This document shows positions 60,401 to 64,000 of a stretch of DNA of 64,000 bases, piece by piece; within the stretch, counting starts at the first letter, position 1, and every line of letters starts with the position of its first letter. Below the pieces are notes generated by a model that saw only the letters and a program-made list of their open reading frames with translations, ran no database searches and had not been told where the DNA came from. The stretch is from Phallusia mammillata (Eukaryota): contig OZ281494.1 in assembly GCA_965637545.1 (NCBI GenBank), positions 6,882,001 to 6,946,000 on the forward strand. Reading direction: 5' to 3'. The position numbers were made by a program, and so were the translations under genes.

Positions 60401-63400
60401 AGGTTAAAATGTAGTAAGGAATTATATTTAGCTTCGGTCGAAAGTCGGACAACTCTACAAGGGAATTTCAAAACGACCATTCTGTACGTCAAAAAGTTTG
60501 AACACCACTGCCCTTGGCCTGGGAAATAATCTATGCGTCCTAAAATGTGTCGATAGACCGTTTAGTGGCCTTTATAAACAAAAAGGTTCACCACCCCTGG
60601 CCCAAACTGTTGCACTGCCAGCCAACTAACAGTAGGCAGTGTTTACATTGCATTAAATTTGAACGTTAATAAAATACGATGTAGTAGCCGTGTTTGTCAC
60701 TACCACCCACTTGTAGCCGACATGTCTTGTTGATTGCACATTTAACAACTTACGTTTATGGGCGTTTTGCCGCAAACAAAGTCATGCTGCAAAACACGCT
60801 GGCTTGTATAGGGATCCCGTTAAAACAAAACAATAAAAACTTTCGCTTTTCAAATTGGTACACAACGTTAAAAAAACAGCAAAAATCAGCGCTCGCTTGA
60901 AACAAATGCAATCGGCCTGAGTAAGACAAACCGAAAAACGCAATAAGGCGTATAACATTAACAAATAAAAGAGTGCAAAACCCGATCGTTCAAATTATGT
61001 GTACAATAAATATATGTTACTTTAAAAATAAAATTTCGCTTTGACTGAAGTGTAAACACGGCTCTTGCTGATCCAACCTTTAACAAATGACACATGACAC
61101 TTTAAGCTACTATAGGGCTGTTTTATTTCAAAGAAATTTAAGAGAATCCTTAGCACGAAATAGAGAACATAAGTCTCATATTATTTACGCTTGAAAAGTA
61201 TGTTGTATTCATATTTATATTTGTTTTACAGTTTCACAAAAAGTCAAGATTTTCATCCAACACTATGAAGCATGTAAGTGTATGAAATGTAAAATGGCCA
61301 GCACAGTTAACTACGTATCGTTTGCATTCTTTAAAAGTAAAAACATGTGAGTAATATTACCAGCTTAAAAATAATCTATTAATGTACGAAGGTGTTCCTG
61401 CTTCTCATGACCCGTATCCAGCAGCAACATACCTAAACAATAATCCAACACAATGTCTCAACCTTTCCCACTATTGCAGTAAGTATCAATTTCTTGTATA
61501 GTTACCATGGTATTAATGGTGTTCAAATTCTGATGAGACAGATTTATTGTAGTTTAGGCTATTTGATTTTTATTAGGAATTACACTTACAATAAAAAAAA
61601 TTTTTTTGCCCGATATTAGTCCATAACCAATCTTTGTTAGGTTATAAACTATACGTGACAATTTTTAAAAATTTCGTCAACACTAATTTGGATATTTAAT
61701 AAAGGTCCTGTATGGCTTTTTTATTTTATTTCAAATCTTTTTAGCAATCTTTACCTTTTTATATTGTAGCGTTTTGGCGCATAGTTCTTTAACACACAGT
61801 ACATTCTAGTACTGTACTGATGTTATTTTGTTTTGTTTTCCAATCACGAAAAATCTTCTGAATATTTCTATTTGAATACCGAATTTTGTCACATATATTC
61901 CACAAATTAGTCAAGCCTCCCCCCACAGATATTCAGATAACGTTTTTCACTCAAGATCCATAAAACCTGATAATAAACACAAACACGCCTTTGCAAATCA
62001 TTTTATATGGGTTCAAGTAAAAACCCCAGACAGTGCTTAAGTAGATTTGTTCAATAAAAATAGGATGTATAAATTAGCTATAGCACAGATACAAAAAAAA
62101 TGTTGACATTTGTAGACACGACAAGTACGACAACGGCTGTGACGACAAGTATGGCTACTACTACTCAATTAACGACAGATCTAACAACCACGATGCCGCT
62201 TTCGACCTCAGACTCAACAGCTTTTATTACATCTATGCACCCAGCAACAGGTTAGAAAAGTTATTTGCCAATTTGACAGAGTGAATTACCAAATAGTTTT
62301 TTATATTGATTATAATTTACTTGTTCGTTACTAACTCATTAAACAGTTTAATCGTAGTACAATTTATCAAAGCAGGTGTGAGAAACCTATTTTACCGTGG
62401 GCCGCATAATTTGCACAATGTTATAATATTACCGAACCGAGGGTCCACAAAAAATACTTCGCATCAAAAAATGTTGGATATAAATCGACAAAAAATGACT
62501 AAGGAAAATGCTTATACATGAACATGCGGGTCCCAGAAATAGTCAATCAGGTCGCAGGTGGCTCACGGGCTGTGTTCCCTAATCCTTCCAAATTGTGCAA
62601 AAACTTGAATACATAAACCGGTATTTATAAAACAACCCAGTTAAAGCAGTGGTTCTCAAACATTATTTTTTTAAAACGGTCCCTTTGTTATTATTTCGAG
62701 GGCTCGCAGTCCTAAATGAGAATAAGCATAAATGTGAATTTCAGACAAACGAAAGTTGATTGCAAGATTTTAGCTAGTAAATGCAACATTGCGCATAATA
62801 ATGACCCAAAGACAGCTTGTGACATCACAGGCAAAAAAAGCATTGCAATTGTGCGCGAACAATTGCATTTTTGATAGTTGTCATTCAATAAAGGCTATTG
62901 TTTAGCAATCGACAGTCGATTCTCAATTCGAATTTGATTGAAATTTATTCAGTGGCACAAACTGACGCTACATAAAATTATAGGATTACTTCAACCTTTT
63001 CGTGTCCGCCAAAAATTGCCTCATAGGCCCCTTAAGGACCGCAGACCCAGTTTAAAAACCGCAGAGTAAAAGCATAAGTTTGCTATAAGTCTTAATCACA
63101 CGGCGGGAAGTAAACATAGCTAAACTGCATGTTCCAGGTGAGCCAGAGCTGCAAGGCTATATCCAATCCGAGTTGATTGAAATCGAATTGTCCGGAAACC
63201 AAGGGGAAGGAAAACTGTCCGAAATATCATTTAATGTGGAAACCACAGATCCGAACATTGGTTCCGAAGTAATGAATGCGAGTTTAAGAGCTAACTCATC
63301 GATAGTTAAGATAATCGCCGCCCAGCTGCAGGCAAATGGTGATTTGTCACAATATACTAAAGGTACACCCAATGGACACTACACAAATAAGTTGCAACCA

Positions 63401-64000
63401 ATACCAGGGACTCCAACTCTTAACTTGACAGTTACGAGTGAAAACAACACCAGCAGATTGCAGGCAAAGATAAGTTTCGTCATCAGTCTTGAAGATGTAG
63501 ATACTTCTGCATACGTTTTGTCTATCATTAGCTCCAACAGCATTGGATATGCAATAACGTGGCTTAAACAAGTCAATGAAGCCTGTGGTTTCTTTGACAC
63601 AACTAAGCAACAATTTAGCACCGATGGCTGCAGTACAACTTCAACCACCACAACCAGTATCACATGCTTTTGCAACCACACCACCGTGTTTGCTGTCTTG
63701 CTTTCAGTGCAATCGTATGAAATCCCATCACCAGTTGTGGTAAGTCACTGGTCCAAAGTTGATGTAATACACAATGTTCCTAATAGTGGATATACAAGTT
63801 AACATGTTACTGCCAGGCACATTGTATGAAAAAGTATTTATTTTCGAGTAGATTTTATTGCAAAGCAACCGTTTTTAAAAATCACGTAGAAAATAGGGAA
63901 ACTTTTTTCATAAGAAATAGTATTATATGTAGCAGCCAAAAGTATGCCTTGAAAATGTTTTTTTTATTTTTTAGTTGCTCTCATACATCACTGAATCCAT
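57427..64000 (+). CDS. Gene E: adhesion GPCR, 5' part only (7TM runs off the window)
   Basis: Exons 57427-57526, 57950-58015, 59156-59209, 59390-59425, 59500-59604, 61232-61273, 61392-61478, 62116-62250, 63138-63739 and 63975 onward (LLSYITES...). GPS reads CGFF...FSTDGC...CFCNHTTVFAVLL. Confidence 0.86.
58077..58650. mobile_element. hAT MITE, 574 bp, gene E intron 2
   Basis: Perfect 15-bp TIRs CAGTGGTCTTCAACC / GGTTGAAGACCACTG; TSD ATCTAGTA/ACCTAGTA. Confidence 0.88.
58673..58803 (+). mobile_element. tRNA-derived SINE, copy 3, full length with TSD
   Basis: GGGCAGAAACTTGGCCGAACGG...GGGTTCGAACCCCGTG followed by ~A24; TSD ATTGAACAATAT / ATTGAACGATAT. Confidence 0.85.
60040..60598. mobile_element. 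Nested or rearranged hAT MITE fragments
   Basis: A TIR pair CAGCGGTTTTCAAAC (60162) / GTTTGAACACCACTG (60510) without a matching TSD, plus a second right end GGTTCACCACCCCTG (~60598). Confidence 0.45.
62647..63064. mobile_element. hAT MITE, 418 bp; same family as 34982-35393
   Basis: TIRs CAGTGGTTCTCAAAC / GTTTAAAAACCGCAG; TSD AGTTAAAG/AGTAAAAG. The interior is collinear with 34982-35393. Confidence 0.82.

Overview
This is animal (eukaryotic) genomic DNA: AT-rich, with short GT-AG introns and many MITEs. An invertebrate chordate such as an ascidian is my inference from style only. The six-frame ORF track is mostly uninformative because the real genes are spliced, so I rebuilt them by hand from splice sites, exon phases and paralogy. 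The window is a + strand tandem array of adhesion GPCR (aGPCR) paralogues. Three are complete (B 17069-27523, C 39612-46776, D 50378-55417) and one runs off the window (E from 57427). Each has a signal peptide, a shared ~130-aa Cys-rich cap domain that I cannot assign to a known family, a Thr/Ser mucin stalk of very different length, a short GAIN/GPS region (CFCNH-T|T) and a secretin-like 7TM. Upstream are a cap+mucin paralogue with no GAIN or 7TM and a GPI-like tail (A, 6802-9329), a pseudogene of A (136-435) and a Ly6/uPAR three-finger gene (3063-4776). A ~6-kb tandem duplication copies the 3' half of gene B's 7TM. Mobile DNA includes a CACTA element with a 3-bp TSD, 13 hAT elements whose TSDs are all nnnTAnnn, a Mutator-like foldback MITE, a tRNA-derived SINE family, an orphan poly(A) insertion and a short insert carrying a minimal hammerhead-ribozyme motif. 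All alignments were done by eye; no database search was run.
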